Positions 24,655-39,275 of a DNA stretch of 64,000 bases are shown here, piece by piece. The stretch lies in assembly GCA_964057225.1 (NCBI GenBank), contig OZ059898.1:12214001-12278000 (forward strand). Direction: 5' to 3'. The first letter of the stretch is position 1, and every line of letters begins with the position of its first letter. The notes under the pieces were generated by a model that did not search any database, had not been told where the DNA came from, and saw only the letters and a program-made list of their open reading frames with translations. The DNA comes from Auanema rhodensis (lineage: Eukaryota > Animalia > Nematoda). A program made the translations under genes and the position numbers.

Positions 24655-25851
24655 AATTCATTTTACTTTAATATAATGCATTAATTTAATTTTTTAATAT
24701 GTAAGTATTACTTTTATCATTCAATTAACTCGAATGTATCTATGTATCTCTGTAGAAAGAACAGTTTCATTGTTACATTGCTGTAGCTAATTTCTGAAAA
24801 CTTCATAATTTATTTCACCGATCCAATAAACTTTAATATTTATACCACCCTGATCTTATTGCACTGCTTTAATAGTTAACGATGAACATAATTTTTCATC
24901 GCTAATTAAACATTACAACAGAATTTCACTTTGAAGAATATTCATTACTAAGTGATCATATTGAGATTTTTGAATGCCAGATTAATTTGAACCGTAACAG
25001 TATTATTTAGAATTTGTTTTTGGTATGCCTATATTTTTTATAACATCCATAACTTGCGATATGTGAATATGAACGTCATTGGAACCGGGGTGCCGAGTAA
25101 CAGCTTCTAAAGCTGCTTTCACCAAGCTGTTAGCATGTTCTAAATAATTGATATTTAATCATATATTGATATTTGGACAAACCTATTGATACGCTGACAA
25201 ACTGAGGTAGGTATGAAATAGCATGACGTGAAACTTCTCGATCTGGTGACAATATAGCGCATCGATAAGCAGCAATGAGGTCCCCTGATGTCTGAATTAT
25301 TTAAATTACTTCCTTCTTTTTGAGTCATATTAACTGCTGGGCTTGCACTGATGACGGCAACAGCCGAATTAAAGGCGCCTTTTCTAACTAATGTAGATGA
25401 ATTGCAAAATAGCCCGCTCAGGAGGTGCGAAAATCCGACAGCTCTATACGTATTCATTTCCATATTTCGGTGAACCACAGTTTTACCTCTCCGGCGTATC
25501 TTTAGCATATGCCTCCAGATCTTTTATAACATCTAATAGTTCGCAATTTGTTTCAGCATTTAATATTCGGCCAGCAATATTTGACATTCTATAACATATT
25601 ATCATTCAAATTTTCATCTATTCTAATTCAAACAGTAACAAAAAAGACTAATTGCTGCTCATTGATTTCGTTTTCACTACATTTAGAAATATTAGCTAAT
25701 TTGAAATTAGAAGCATTCATGTGATTCGAATCAAAATCTAATTTTTCTTATGCCTTCATATTTCAGTTTCCAAAAAAATGTTGATACCAAAGTCTTTTAT
25801 AATTTGACACTTTTTTGTTCTAAAAAGTACTGTTCTGAAATTTTAGGAAAT

Positions 25852-26542
25852 ATGAAATGCCTAGTCATGATACTATTCTTTCTACTATTAATCGACGCAT
25901 CGAACGGTGATACTCTTGTTTTCCGTCTTCAGCAGGCCATTAATAGAGAAAAGGAAAGAAGAGTGGTAAGTGATCTAAATATATAAATAAATAAAGTTGG
26001 TTCGCAAAGCCGCTTTATTGTTTACTTTTTTCAACTATATTTCATTTATAACTAACTTATTAAAATGAGAAGCATAGATATATAAAAAAATAGTTTTAAC
26101 TTTAATCTTTAAACATTTTCTCAACTATATAATTGACTTAACGTTACGACGCACAGAAATGATTAGAACATGGTTAACGCAACCGTGCTCGCACGTTTTA
26201 AAAAAAGAAATGAAAGTTCAGGCGCCGCCCAAGGCGAACTGGCTTTTCCGTCTAATTCAGCGTTAAGCACTTGGAAGCACTTATATCTCAATGCTAAGCG
26301 AGATACAACAGAAGAGTGCCAAAATAATCAAATATCCAAAAATCAATACATAATATTCTTTAAATAAACACAAGTTACAGCAACGTTTCCTGGAGGATGT
26401 TCTTATTAATCAAATGCACCGAGGAGACTTACTAAAACGCGGTACGTATTTTTAAACTAATAGCAAAGACTGTTATCTTCTTTTTACAGAAATAGCGATG
26501 AAAAACACAAAAGATAGAGAAGATATAGTGGGATTCAACTAA
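25852..26542 (+). CDS. Small secreted peptide precursor, 75 aa, 3 exons (25852-25965, 26381-26441, 26490-26542)
   Basis: TTTTAG acceptor before ATG, signal peptide, phase-compatible GT-AG introns (GTAAGT..TTACAG; GTACGT..TTACAG), dibasic RR and KR sites. Confidence 0.72.
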
Positions 26543-29500
26543 ATTCGCTAATACAGACCAACGAAGATAAGAAAAAAATATTTTATTTGTAAAACTGTTC
26601 AAATAAACCATTACGTAACCCTTTTAATGACCTAGTGTACACGAGAATGACGTCAGCAACACCTCAAATGCCCCTTTGTGAATTCTTGAACGGATCATGA
26701 CTCATCGATCATATCCTCAAATTGGTAATGTTATCGAGGTCTTAATGAATTCACTCAGCTGTCTTTTCATTTACGTTCATATGATAGTCAATAGAAATCA
26801 ATAAAACTTTAACTGTATGTTCCAATTTCATTTTTTTCGTCATAGCCATACCTAAGTATGTGTTTATAAGTATATCCATATTTGTGGATAATATTTATAT
26901 ATTATTTGATGTTGAATTAATAGAAAGCCAGAAAATACTTATCATTTTTCGTACAAAGTTGTTGCCGTACTTGTGACAAGCTTTTGTTGTCTGGACTCTC
27001 TTGTTGCCACTACACTAGATGAGATTCCTCGTTCAGTAGTCTGCATGAATGCGGCAAGCCATTGCTGTCAGCGTTGAGTGGCAAAGGCATACTAATATCA
27101 CGCTTTTATCAAACCGTGGGCATTTTATCTTCGAAATGAGTAATTAGCACTGTTCATAATTTCTGTTTTCATTTATTTCTTCATTTTTTAAATTTTGAGG
27201 CCTATGCTCTATTGTTATCGTTGTACTTATTGAGTTTGAATACAGCTTCTCTTCTATCTTATTTTATTATTCAAGAAAATCCAAGGAATTATTAGTGGAA
27301 GCTCTACTGTTATTGCTTTGTTTATAATACATGGAATTATACTTTGGAAAACATTTGCTTTCAGTTTATCAGTACCAGTAATCATGTAAAAATTATTCAA
27401 ACTAATAGGGGTGGTGTTTAACTATGCATAACATCGAAATTTATATAATTATGGAATTTATAAGCTGAAGTTTTTAAGGAGAACATTTCTCAGATTAATC
27501 ATTTTATGGAAGGCTTCTTTCTTCTAGAGCCAGATGTTCATACACTGCAGCTTTTCCTATTCAGTTATCGATCATTCTCCTTATTTCTTTTTCTTACTAT
27601 TTTGACTCTGCTAATATCAAGGTTTCAAGTTTTAATAAGCCTCTTTTGCTGTGAGAAAAGTTGATGTTTTTCTTCCTTTTTGTTTACTGTCTAAATTATG
27701 TTGTTCCAACTAGGTATATATGTTGTGCTCATTTCATCGATGAGTATATTGGGTTTCCCCTGCATTCTGTTATATAATCCTTTAATTGACCGTTAGCTCG
27801 TGATACTTCTATGTTAGTACTTTTTCCATGGTGCAGATTATGTTTCATTGTTTCAGGTGCCAAGCTTTTGTGCTGCATCTTAGTCTAATATCTGACCACT
27901 GATGGTTAACAACGCGATTTCTATTGGATTAATTTATTAAACTATTGTGTAAGTTTTATCTTAATTATATTTTTCTCAATCAAGATTCTTGCTTAATTGT
28001 TCTTTTTTTTTATATTTGTGTCGCGTAGCAACCAACTTTATATCTTTTCGCATTATTCTAGAACGGAATTCGATATAGATTTTCGGGATGTTTGCGAAGC
28101 TAATTTTGCAAATTTCATGACACTAGATAGTGTCGAAATGCTTCAAGTCCTTCACAGGCTTTTGTTTCCAAGATCAATGACTACTGACCTGAGCACTTTC
28201 TTAGCGACTGGCAGTAATGCCCGATTTTTTTTACAACTTATTTATGTTTTTCAGTGTTCTTGTAGGTTTAGTCATCCGTTATATAATTGTGAATCATCAT
28301 CGACAAACCCATGTTTTAATTTTTGACTTAATCGTTTCGCGGTGATCTTCATTATTATATTATTCCTTATTCAGTGAAGACTTTTTGTATTTATCTGAAG
28401 AAATGTTTTTATTCATGAATGAGTTGTAACTTTCTTATCTATTCTCACATACTATCTCCAGAACATTATTTGATGCAACCGCTCTGTTAAAATGAAAATT
28501 GAAAATGACCAGGGCATCATGTCGAAAGAATCGTCTTAATTAGCTTCGTTTCACTTCTGAAGAATGTTCTGATATAGAGCTGATTCTTGATTTTCCTTCT
28601 TTTGTTATTACTTGCCTGTCTTTGAGAGCAAGTGCCGATTGCACAATTTTAAACCTCGTCATCGGCTTGTTTGTATTCGAAACGGCCACACCATGAACAT
28701 AACTCTTTCTTTTTTTCTCTCTCTCTGCCTCTCAATCTCTTTTTCTCTTGTCCTCGTTTTCAATTCGTGTTAGTCGTGATACTGATCATCCGACGTATAT
28801 GTCCACCAATAACCTAGCTACCACCGATTGTCGTCGTTATCATCACCTTCGCTGTATGATCTCTTTCGTTTCACACCCTTTGTCTTTCTTTTCTTCACCG
28901 TCATTTTCCCTAGTTATTCCTATCGAACTGGCAGCTTGGCCACTGCTCGAGGACTTCACTTTGGAATCTATTTGCTTTTGATCTTGATATGAATCACCGT
29001 GGACAAATAAAATATGCCGTTGGCGTGTGCGCTCTATCATCAGTCCCCCCATCCGCAGTGCTGGTTGATTGGGCGGAGTCACCATTGACTCTCACGGTCT
29101 CCTCCCTTGCCTCCTCCTCTTTCTCGCCTACCTTTCTCTACACTCTTTAGCATCTGTCTCCAAGACAGTTTCGCGTATAGTAGAAGTTACTCGGTAAATC
29201 TTATGCTAGACTGATTTTATTGGTCATTTCGCATTGCTAGCTAATGCTCTGTTATCATTTTTGTATCTTTTTTCTGTATCTCAGTTTGCTTCTCTGTTAG
29301 TCACCCGACGTTATATAAGACCACCTGGTTGAGTTTTATCTCTCATCAATCCATAATCTTAAGTATACGGGTTTCTATGTAATGTTTTTAACTAGATAAT
29401 AGGTTATAAGGTTTCCTATCTTTATGTCCGTAACGCCTTACAGCTCTCGTTCATACTAACTTCAGACTAGAAACTAAAGTGATTTTCTCGATTATGCGTT

Positions 29501-29666
29501 GATATAACCTTAGAAACACTTGACCTTTATATTAAAACATTCTTTTTCTAGACCAGCGTACTTTACCCTGGCGTTTGCTGTTGATCTAAATTGTTTGATC
29601 ATATCATTTTAAAGTTCCTAACCATTTCTAATTTCAGATATATGCATTAATTGACCATTAATAACT

Positions 29667-32600
29667 ATGTTATTGTATAATTTGTATATTTATCGATTAC
29701 ATTATATACGGTTTATATGGTTAGCGTTACTAATCATTTCTTTTCAAGGTAAGTTAAATTATCATATGATCTGTGAACAGAGAAGTTTGTTTTCCTAACG
29801 TAATCATCATTTCAGATGTCGTTGATGCAAAATGCATGATGTACGATATTTGCCACTCCGAAAATGGGATGAAAATGAACTGCCCCGCTCCAAATATGGA
29901 ACCTGCACGATTGAAAAACGAGAGCTCATTGAAGATACTTGAAGCTTATTGTCCATACATGGGTGCACGTAAGTTTTCGCTTCTTCTTTAAACTTTGGAT
30001 TATCGTCTGTGTGTGCGTTTGTGGACAATCAGTTTATTTTGGTCCTACGTTTCTCTGCAATATATTTTTCCTGTGCATCTTTGATGGACAAACTTCACTG
30101 AACTAGCTCATGATTATTGTAAAAATGTCAAGATTTCAACAAATGAGTTCTGAAATAACTTTTTTTGTTCCACAGTTTTAAGCTCTATATCAAAAGCAAA
30201 AGCTTACCTTGTTTTTCAAAATTGAATCAAACTGCCTTGTTACAGGAAGATTCGAGCCATTATGCTGTTCCGAAAGCCAAATAGAAGATATGTCAGTAAA
30301 ATTACGACAAGCCCTTGGCCTGCTATCGAGATGTCCATCTTGTATTGATAATTTTCAAAAGCTTTGGTGTGAATTTTCTTGTTCTCCAAATCAAGCAGAA
30401 TATGTAACGGTTAGTGTTTATTATGTTTTGATGTCGCCCATTATTTTATTTAAAATTTGGTTTCTTGGTTGTACGTTTGTAGTTTTATTTTTTGAACACT
30501 GGACTACCGGCTTGCTCTTATCTTGCAACTGAAATTTATCTTAGCATCATTACGATTACTTTTATCATTTTAACTATGCTGAGTGAATTATAAGCTCTGA
30601 AAGCTCATATGTTATTTATATAACGCGCTCTTTTTGCTGGCGCAGCTTCTACCATTTCTTGTTCTATATGAAAGTGAATGAAACAACAGCTAGTTTTAGA
30701 TCTTGGAAACTTTGGAAACTCGCAAGGAAAATATTTCTTATGTAAACTCTGTACGATACCATGTAGGAGATCAATTCGCTTCGACATTGCACGAGTCATG
30801 TAAAAACGTTTGTTGACTAACATTTTTACTTTGGCTCATAAAATCTGTTCTAGGTTCATCTTCCTAACTCGAAAACACTATCCATGCTTTTAATGTGCGG
30901 TGCTCTTGGATTCAATGAGACTTGTACAAAAGAGAGGTGGTTGAAGTATATGGGAACACAGAATCGTGAAATGGCTATTCCTTTGAATATTGACTTTGTT
31001 TTGCATGATTCTGTAAGTCAAAGCAATGTGTTAAAGTATACAAATCTTAATTCAGGATGATAATTCTCGTATGTACATGAATGAAGGAGCTGCGAGGTGT
31101 AACCAAGCTCCAAGGATAGGAATGGATAAGTGTAGTCGTTTTGATTGCCCTATTATTGACACGGAGCAAGAGTTCTTCCCCGAAGATCAAGGAACGAAGG
31201 TATGAGTTTAAACTTTCTTAACTACTATTAAAAGAAGAAAAGTACATTCGGACTTTTTTGTCTTATCAATGACGATAACCTCGTCATTGATCCTTTCATT
31301 TCTTATGAAAATTTTAAAATATTTATCACGTTAATCACCGAGGAATATTAAATACTTAGCACAGAATGTTAAGCCTTAACTATACATAGCAATTTGGTCT
31401 TGATCCCAAATAATGCTTGATCAGAGAACTTTTCTATTTTGTTTAGGACAAAACTTTCGACTGTGAATTTTTAACGATTCTGTTTAGTTTCGTGTTCGTA
31501 AAGTAGTTGTAGTTGAATGTATAGTGGGGTTGATTTCCGCCCTCAGCCTAGCAACATGACATCCTCGATTCATCTGAGAAGTAACGCTTTTCAAGCGAGG
31601 TTCATCTCAAGGTTTTCAAACTCTAATGAGCCCTGAGCAACGTTCACCTGGCATCAACCAACAATTGAAAAACTATTAGGAAATAAGATTTTTCTTATTT
31701 TTAAGAATGAGCAAACATTAGCTTTGATATATGTGTTTCTATTCGCTTTTTGTTTCTGTTTTGGACGGAAATGCGATCTAAAGTGATCCTCAAATATCAA
31801 GTCACGAAGCGTATTATTGCGATGAAGGAATCTTCTCTATAACTCACTTTAAAAAAAATGACAAAAAATCAGAATTATGTTTACCTTCGTTGACCAAGAT
31901 GTGTCGTGATGACATCTCTATGTACTTTTGTTGTGAAAAATGAATGATTGCACCGAACTTTCCTTTTCTTGATTTTGAATTACTGAAGACCCTTGTATGT
32001 ATACTTTTTATCAAACCCTAGAAATTGGCTAGAAATCGACTTTTTAAGACGCTGTTCCCAAAATTAATCGGTCATTTTTCCGAATTCTGTATTTTATATT
32101 TTTCCATATGCTTTTGATAACTAGAAAATCAAACTTTGAGCTCTAGCTGTGCTATTGATTTGTCGCTGCAACTTGTCCATATGAGGGAACAATCCAGTTT
32201 TTTGATTTACACTATAAAATGTGTGGCAACTGTAGCCGATTATGATGAAATGAAACGCTTGTGTGTCAATCATCTTGTTGTCTGAGCCTAGTCTTATTCA
32301 AATACCATTTTTAGTTTAGAACCTGCATGTATTGCACTATTTGTATGTAGCTCTCCTCTACACCAAAACGAGTTAACTAGTATTCAACCGTATCCATTAA
32401 AGGGTGAGGGGGTTGATTATAGCTATGTTTCTTACTGATCTGTAACTAACGTTGAATTGTAATGTATTCAATATTGAGAATACATTAGTACTTTCTCGAG
32501 TGCCAAAAGATGGCTGGTGAATTGTTTCGGGGTTGAAGATTCCGATGCTTATCGAAACTCGTAGAAAGACCTACATCTTCGCTATTGGGTTCAAGGCTGA

Positions 32601-35600
32601 AAACATGCGGTAATTCTAAGTAATTGTTTCCTCAATTATTCACTGCGTACGGAACATAAACATGAAAAAAAGTAATATATGACAGTGAATCTTATTAATG
32701 GTTTACAGGAAGTGTGTTCTCTTCTGGGCATTGGATGCACATCTTGGTTTTTAGCTGTGGCATGTATCATTTTTATCGCAGTACTGTTCTGTGTCATATC
32801 GGCAAATGTTTGCAAAGCTGGAGAAGAACCATTACCAGATTATAAGGTGGGTCTATTGTGAACAATTTGAATTTATTATTATTGGCATGCTAATTCCACG
32901 TATATCACGTGATCTTGTTTTTTTTTTGGCGTATCTACTCATTTTACTTATTTCAAGTTCATATATCGGTTGTTAGCTATTAGCAATCCACTAGATAAAT
33001 AGATACTAGATAAACTTTTTAAACTAATATAGTTCAATTATAGGGCGTAGAAACAAACCCCGGAACTATCGGAAGTGTTGCCTATTGGATCGAAAAACAA
33101 ATTCAAATTAGTTGTTCTATGCTTGGAGAATTTACATGCCGAAGATACTCCCTGCTTGTTGTTTTTGGAATGTTTGTACTAATTGTATGCAGCTTCGGAA
33201 TTCTATTCGTCAACGTAACCTCCGATCCAGTAGAATTATGGTCTGCTCCTAATAGCCGTGCTCGTATGGAAAAAAAATTCTTTGATACTCATTTCGGGTT
33301 GGTTTTTTTTTAATTTTAAAATTTCTTTTAATTTTTTAAATTCTTCTTCAGTCCTTTTTATCGTATTGAGCAAGTCACTATTTATCCCAAGAATATGACT
33401 TCTATTAAAGGCAAGGAATTAGAAATGGGACCTGTTTTCCAAAAAGAATTCTTGAAAGAAGTTAGTATACTTTTTATTACTTATCTTATCAAGTTCTCTA
33501 GGTGTTTAATGTGGTTAACAGGATCAGAAATCTGGTTGGAAGAACGGAAGATGGCTTAACTATTACCTTAGCTGACATTTGTCATAGACCTTTGGGTTCC
33601 GCTTATGATTGTTTAATTAACAGTCCTACTAATTACATGCAGGTATATATAAAAACAAATATCATTGATATTAATTATCTAATTTCAGCATGATGCTAGT
33701 CTCTTAGACAAAGTAATTGTGTCGCAAACATCTACTGATCCCGAAAATTTCGATTATTATTCTGATGATACGGAGGAAGAGGCGGCAGTCACTAAAACTT
33801 ACCTAGATCATTTTTATGATTGCATAAAGTATGGCATATAACCTTATGGCTTAACTATTAAAATTCAGGAATCCTTATTCTTTTGAAACCAGCCTCGGGA
33901 TGTCTTGTCACGGCACCTTTGGTGGACCCTTGACACCTCTATCTTTGTTCGGGGGAAGTGGTGTAGATGATTATGTTAGTTTAACTTACGAGTTTTTTTT
34001 AAATGATAGCAATATTATAGTATTACAATTCAACAGCCATTAATATTGCTTTTATAATAAACGGAAAAGTAAACAAAAAGAAGGCTTTAGCGTGGGAAGA
34101 GAGGTTTCGAATATACATTGCTCTACTTTTACAATATTGGTTTTTTAGTTTTATTAACCATATGAAAGAATATAAACATGAATTGGTTCAAGTTTCATTC
34201 ATGGCTGAAAGGTCGATTTCTGATGAGATTCAGAGAGAAAGTGAATCGGATGGGTACACAATCATGATATCTTGTATTTTAATGGTTTGTTTTTTATTAT
34301 TTGCATTTAAGTCAAGGCAAATTTCCAGGTCTCCTATGTGATTTTTGCGTTAGGTACTTACAATGTGGACAACAACAGACTTCTTTCCATACTAATACAT
34401 TCTAAATTAACCATTGGGGTTGGTGGAATGTTCTGTATTTTCGCCAGTGTCATAAGGTAATTATTTATTCTTATGTACCACAAATAGTTACATTTTTGAA
34501 GCTCTATTGGAGTATTTTCTATGTATGGGATGATTGTTCCTCAAAGTGCTTTGGTCGTTCAGTTTTTCGTTATGCTGGTTATTGGTGCCAACAGAATGTT
34601 TAGCATTGTTTCGGCAGTTACAGTTAGTGAACAATACTTTGATTACTGAAGGGTTCAAATATATTTAGCGCAAAGCAGCGGTATACCCCCACCTACCTGA
34701 CCTAATGTTTCATGTTTGCGGAGAAGTATTTCCCAGTTTTCTACTCTGCACGGTTGCGCAAAGTTCTTGTTTTTTTATTGGTATGCTGAACTTGTAATTA
34801 TACGTCTAAATTCGCTTTTAGGTTCAATTTGGGGAGCTCCAGCTGTTAAATGTTTCTGTCTTATAGCTGCTCTGGGAATGATTTTCCAATTAATGTACTT
34901 CTGTACATTCTTCATGCCTTTAATCATCATTGACTACAAACGAGAGAAGGTTTGTAACATAATGAAATCAATTATATATTATCTATAAACATATTAGAAA
35001 GGATACCCTGAGCTCTGCTGTTTCCGAAAAATTCCAACTGAACCTGTAGAGTATGATGGTTACATCAAGACTATAATACAAAAGTATGCTGCACCATTTT
35101 TAATGCGCCCAGCTGTCAAAACCTTCGTGGTATGATTTCAAGATCCAATAAAAAACTATTTGATAAATTAATCAAGGTTGCTCTAAGTTGTGCAATGCTG
35201 GTTATTTCACCTTTGGGATTCTCGAAAATTAAATTAGGCCTGGACCAAAAAATGGCAGTTCCAGAGGTGAGAATTTTAACACTATATTTCAAGTTTGGGC
35301 TTCATTCTGTATTTTCAGGACTCTTATGTTTACTTGCACTTCAAAAATATAGATAAATACTTGAATGTTGGACCACCAGTATATTTCGTTGTTCAAGGGG
35401 ACTTTGATCTCTCAAAGAAAACATGGCAGGCAAGTGACGATTCTTATTGACCTATCATATTTTTTTTCTTAGGATAAGTTTTGTACTCTACCTGGATGTG
35501 CAGAAAATTCTGTTGGAACAATACTTAATCAAGCAATCGCTAACTCCAATAAGTATGATATTCGTTTTTTATTTAGAGCTCTTTCTTTTTTTTTGAAGAA

Positions 35601-37011
35601 CTCACTTAGCTGGCTTTGTTTTGAACTGGATCGACAATTATCTTGAATGGCTTAATCCAGACAGCGGATGCTGCAAAGTTGTTCTGAACACCACTAGAAC
35701 AGAGTTTTGTCCTAGCAATAATCGTTTTGGTAAGCTTCAACAAATATACTTCTCTTTAAAGTTTAATCTCAGGAAAAACTTGTGTCGCTTGCGATAACTC
35801 GAAGATCAGAAATCGACCTAGTGAAGCTGCATTTTATAAGTTCATCGACTATTATTTGACCGATGTGCCAAATGCTGACTGTATCAAAGGGTAAACAGTT
35901 TCTATCAGAAAATATGTTCAATGATGTACTCTTTTAGGGGTGTTGTCTTCAAAGATTCTATTTATCTCAACCCGAGAGGTCATATTGAAGCTAGTCATTT
36001 TATGACTTACCATCGAGCTTTGCGCAACTCTTCTGATTTCATAGGTATTATACAATCATTGAAATAATTAACATATGCTTTTTAGCTGCAATGGAAGGTG
36101 CTCGAATGGTTGCAAGAAAAATTGAGCATGAATTGAATTATTCTGTTAAAGTATTCCCTTACAGGCTTGTTACAATTTTATTTCTTTTTTATGTGTTTCA
36201 TTTCAGTTCATACTATGTATTCTACGATCATTACCTTACCCACCAAAAGGAAGCAGCTGCTCAACTTATTATTGCCATGGCAGCTATTTTCGGTTCTGTC
36301 AGTTTGCTGTCGGGATTAGATGCCGTGTTCGGAATGTTTTTAGGTAAAGTTGAAACTCATTTCTTCTAATATTTGTGTGTGTATATAGTTGCTGCCTCGG
36401 CGTGTCATCTGTTCATTCAAGTTAGTGTAATGTGGTTATGGAATATTGAATTCAATCCTATTACGGCAGTTAATTTAATTATGGTTAGTAAAAGGTTTCA
36501 CATTTAGTTGACGAACGTGTTCTTTAGAGTGTTGGTGCTGCGTTAGAGTTTTTCATTCCAGTCCTCATGGCCTTCTCACAGTCACTTAAATGCAATAGGG
36601 ATGAGAGAGCTAAGGAAGCCTTAGTTATTGCTGGACCAACTGTGAGATTCATCTTTCCTAACAGTAATTTCGAAATTTTCAAGGTGTTCTCTGGAATCTT
36701 CTTAACGATGCTCATTGGAACAATCGTCTTGGCCTTTTCACATTCGCAGTTTTTCAAAGTTTTATATTTCCGAATGTTCCTCGGAAGCGTTCTGAGTGGC
36801 GGTTACTTTGGATTATTCCTTTTGCCAATAATGCTCTCATATTGTGGCCCTGTGATCAAACATTGGCGTTTTGTTGAACAGTTAAATACTGCCAAGCAAA
36901 GCAAGTATGTTCTTTGCTCTTTTTAATTTGAGCTCAATTATTGTTATTTTCAGTTTTCAAGCGTTACGACCAAATGTGAACTGTTTACCTCCAGGGGAGT
37001 TTGCTAAATAA
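29667..37011 (+). CDS. NPC1: Niemann-Pick C1-like sterol transporter (ncr-1/ncr-2 type)
   Basis: Signal peptide, [110 protein letters not shown]. Includes two GC-AG introns. Confidence 0.95.
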
Positions 37012-37908
37012 GAGTGGCTGTTCTGGAATTATATCTCCTTTTTAATCTTAACCCTTCTCTCTCTATATAATATATTCTCAACCTCAAATTCAACTAGTCT
37101 TTCTATTCTGCATACGTTGTTATCGGCCGAAAGGCTGATAAACATTTTTTTGAACAAACCATATCATGTTTTGCTGCCTTCCGTGCGTTAACTGCTTGAT
37201 CTCATCTGATCACCACAAAGTTCGGTGCTTGCCCTATCTTATGCTTATAATATTTCTCATGCTTTAAATTTGATATATACCTCCATATCTAGAGAGGAAT
37301 AACATAAAGAATTCATATCTGGCTGGTGACAATCAGCTTCTTTTTTCGGGTTGTAGAAATTTTATGTTTCCATAATTTCTAACCAATTTTTAGTTTTTTT
37401 TTGTAGTTCCATATCTTTTATTAAGCTCAGTGCGCAGAGATAACTAGTCCATTAATCTATGCGTTGGAAATTTGTGGCTTTATTCATGCCTTTCCCTCAA
37501 AATCTCGGTGATGCTTGCTTTACGGTTACAGAGCGATTGGACTAAAAGTTCATCGTTTCTTTTTAATTTCACTAGTGACTTAATTGAAACCTGTGATTTC
37601 ATTGTATCTACACGACTTCTCTTATGGTTGGTGATCATGATTTTCATTTTCTTGTCTTTTTATCTGTGATTTACATTTACGGATTCGTAAGCCTACTAAT
37701 CAAACCATATGTATAACGGTTAGTAACTTGTGTCAATTCACTTATCATTCTTTCTTAAAACTGTATTTATTCTCACTTGCTAATAATATTAATAAATTTT
37801 AAACTATATATTTTGATTTAACAAAAATAAAAGAAAACAATTTCTGTAATTGAGGCGACCGTTAAAAATAAAACATGAGAACATGTGAAACGAAGTTGTT
37901 GCATTTTC

Positions 37909-39275
37909 TCATTGCAAGAAGTGGGAACCAGAATGCCATAACTTTTCCAAGTATTCGGGAGAGTGACGAGAATATTGGTAATGATAAACTACAAAATCCG
38001 AAAAAACGTGTTTGTCAAACCCATCATGATGTATTTGATGAAGTGATATACAATTTGTAATCAAACCTAAAAAAAATATGCATTCCGTTTTCTGGAATAT
38101 TGTAGTTGGAACATACCTACGAAAATATCATCCAAATGAACAAAAGGAACTTTGCAAACGTTTTCTAATAAAAGGCGAGCCCCTTCACGGGAAAGAATAA
38201 ATGATGATCCCTGAAATAAACTATGCCAATAGAATTGAATACAAGAATTACTTGAGTAAATCTAGGATAGCACAAGTTAGGATACATATCTCCAGGAACA
38301 TGCCAGGGTAGCCAGGGCATGAACAAACGCGGATACCCTCGCGAGACTTTACCAATTATCCAAGGTGATGTAGGAGGCAATGGCCTTTTTAACTAAGAAA
38401 ACAATGTCATTAACATACATACGTATACACAAACATTTCTCAAAGCTTCGGCATTTACTATTGTATCATCGTTTATAACAATTATTTCTTGTACTGTAGG
38501 TAATTCGCGAAGCACGAATCCATATATTGCCATCATTTTCCAAGATAAATTGTGATATGAATCCGCGAACTCAAACTGTAGGATGTCTATAAATAGAAAA
38601 TTGTAATAACTATAGAAATATTTTAATAAATTACCTTCATATTCTTTAGCCTCCATTTCTACATCTGTTCTTGTTGACGTTGCGCACACGAAAATCACAG
38701 GAGCATAGGGGGCCACCTTAGAATATATTTTAACAGTTATGTCAACTTATATATTACTTTTGGTTTCCACGTGTTTCGTATGAAATTACGATAATTCAAA
38801 GAGCCGGGTCCCGTTCTTATCACTAGTACTCTATCCAATTTCTCAGGTAAGTTTGGACGAATGAGCACTCTAGGAGGAGTGGACAGCTGACAGTCAGGGT
38901 TCGGCTGACGCTGGGGAAAAAAACGAGACAAACCTAATTGCATTTATATTGGAAAAACAACCAAAAAAACTACTCTTACATGTACCAAAATCTTTAGATA
39001 ATGGTTCTGGAGACAATAAATCAGATTGAGTATAGCATAGAAGCCGAAGAGGCAGAAGAGATCGCTCGAGATAGTTAGCTAGCTGTAACCTGTTTTTGAC
39101 AGATGTTGGATTTGAAACTTTTAATGCTACTCTCAAGAATTAAATGTAAATGTGAACTTACAAGTAAGTAGGGTAAAATCCAAATAAATTGTAAGATTAG
39201 AAGTTTACATGGCGAAGGCGTTAACCGATTCGACGACAATATCAGAACGCCGGGTGATAATGCCCAGCTAGGCAT
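37909..39275 (-). CDS. GT31 beta-1,3-galactosyltransferase family protein
   Basis: N-terminal hydrophobic anchor, RNFIRNTW, DILQFEFADSYHNLSWKM, INDD, GSSFILS, LDDIFVG. Start codon less certain. Confidence 0.87.

Noticed and set aside
25203-25226. TGAGGTAGGTATGAAATAGCATGA has a let-7/mir-241-like seed
   Set aside because: No complementary arm on either side to form a pre-miRNA hairpin.
34540-34620. NPC1 sterol-sensing domain reads QFFVMLVIGANRMF instead of PFLVLAVGVDNIF
   Set aside because: As I recall nematode NCR proteins are already divergent here; not distinctive without an alignment.
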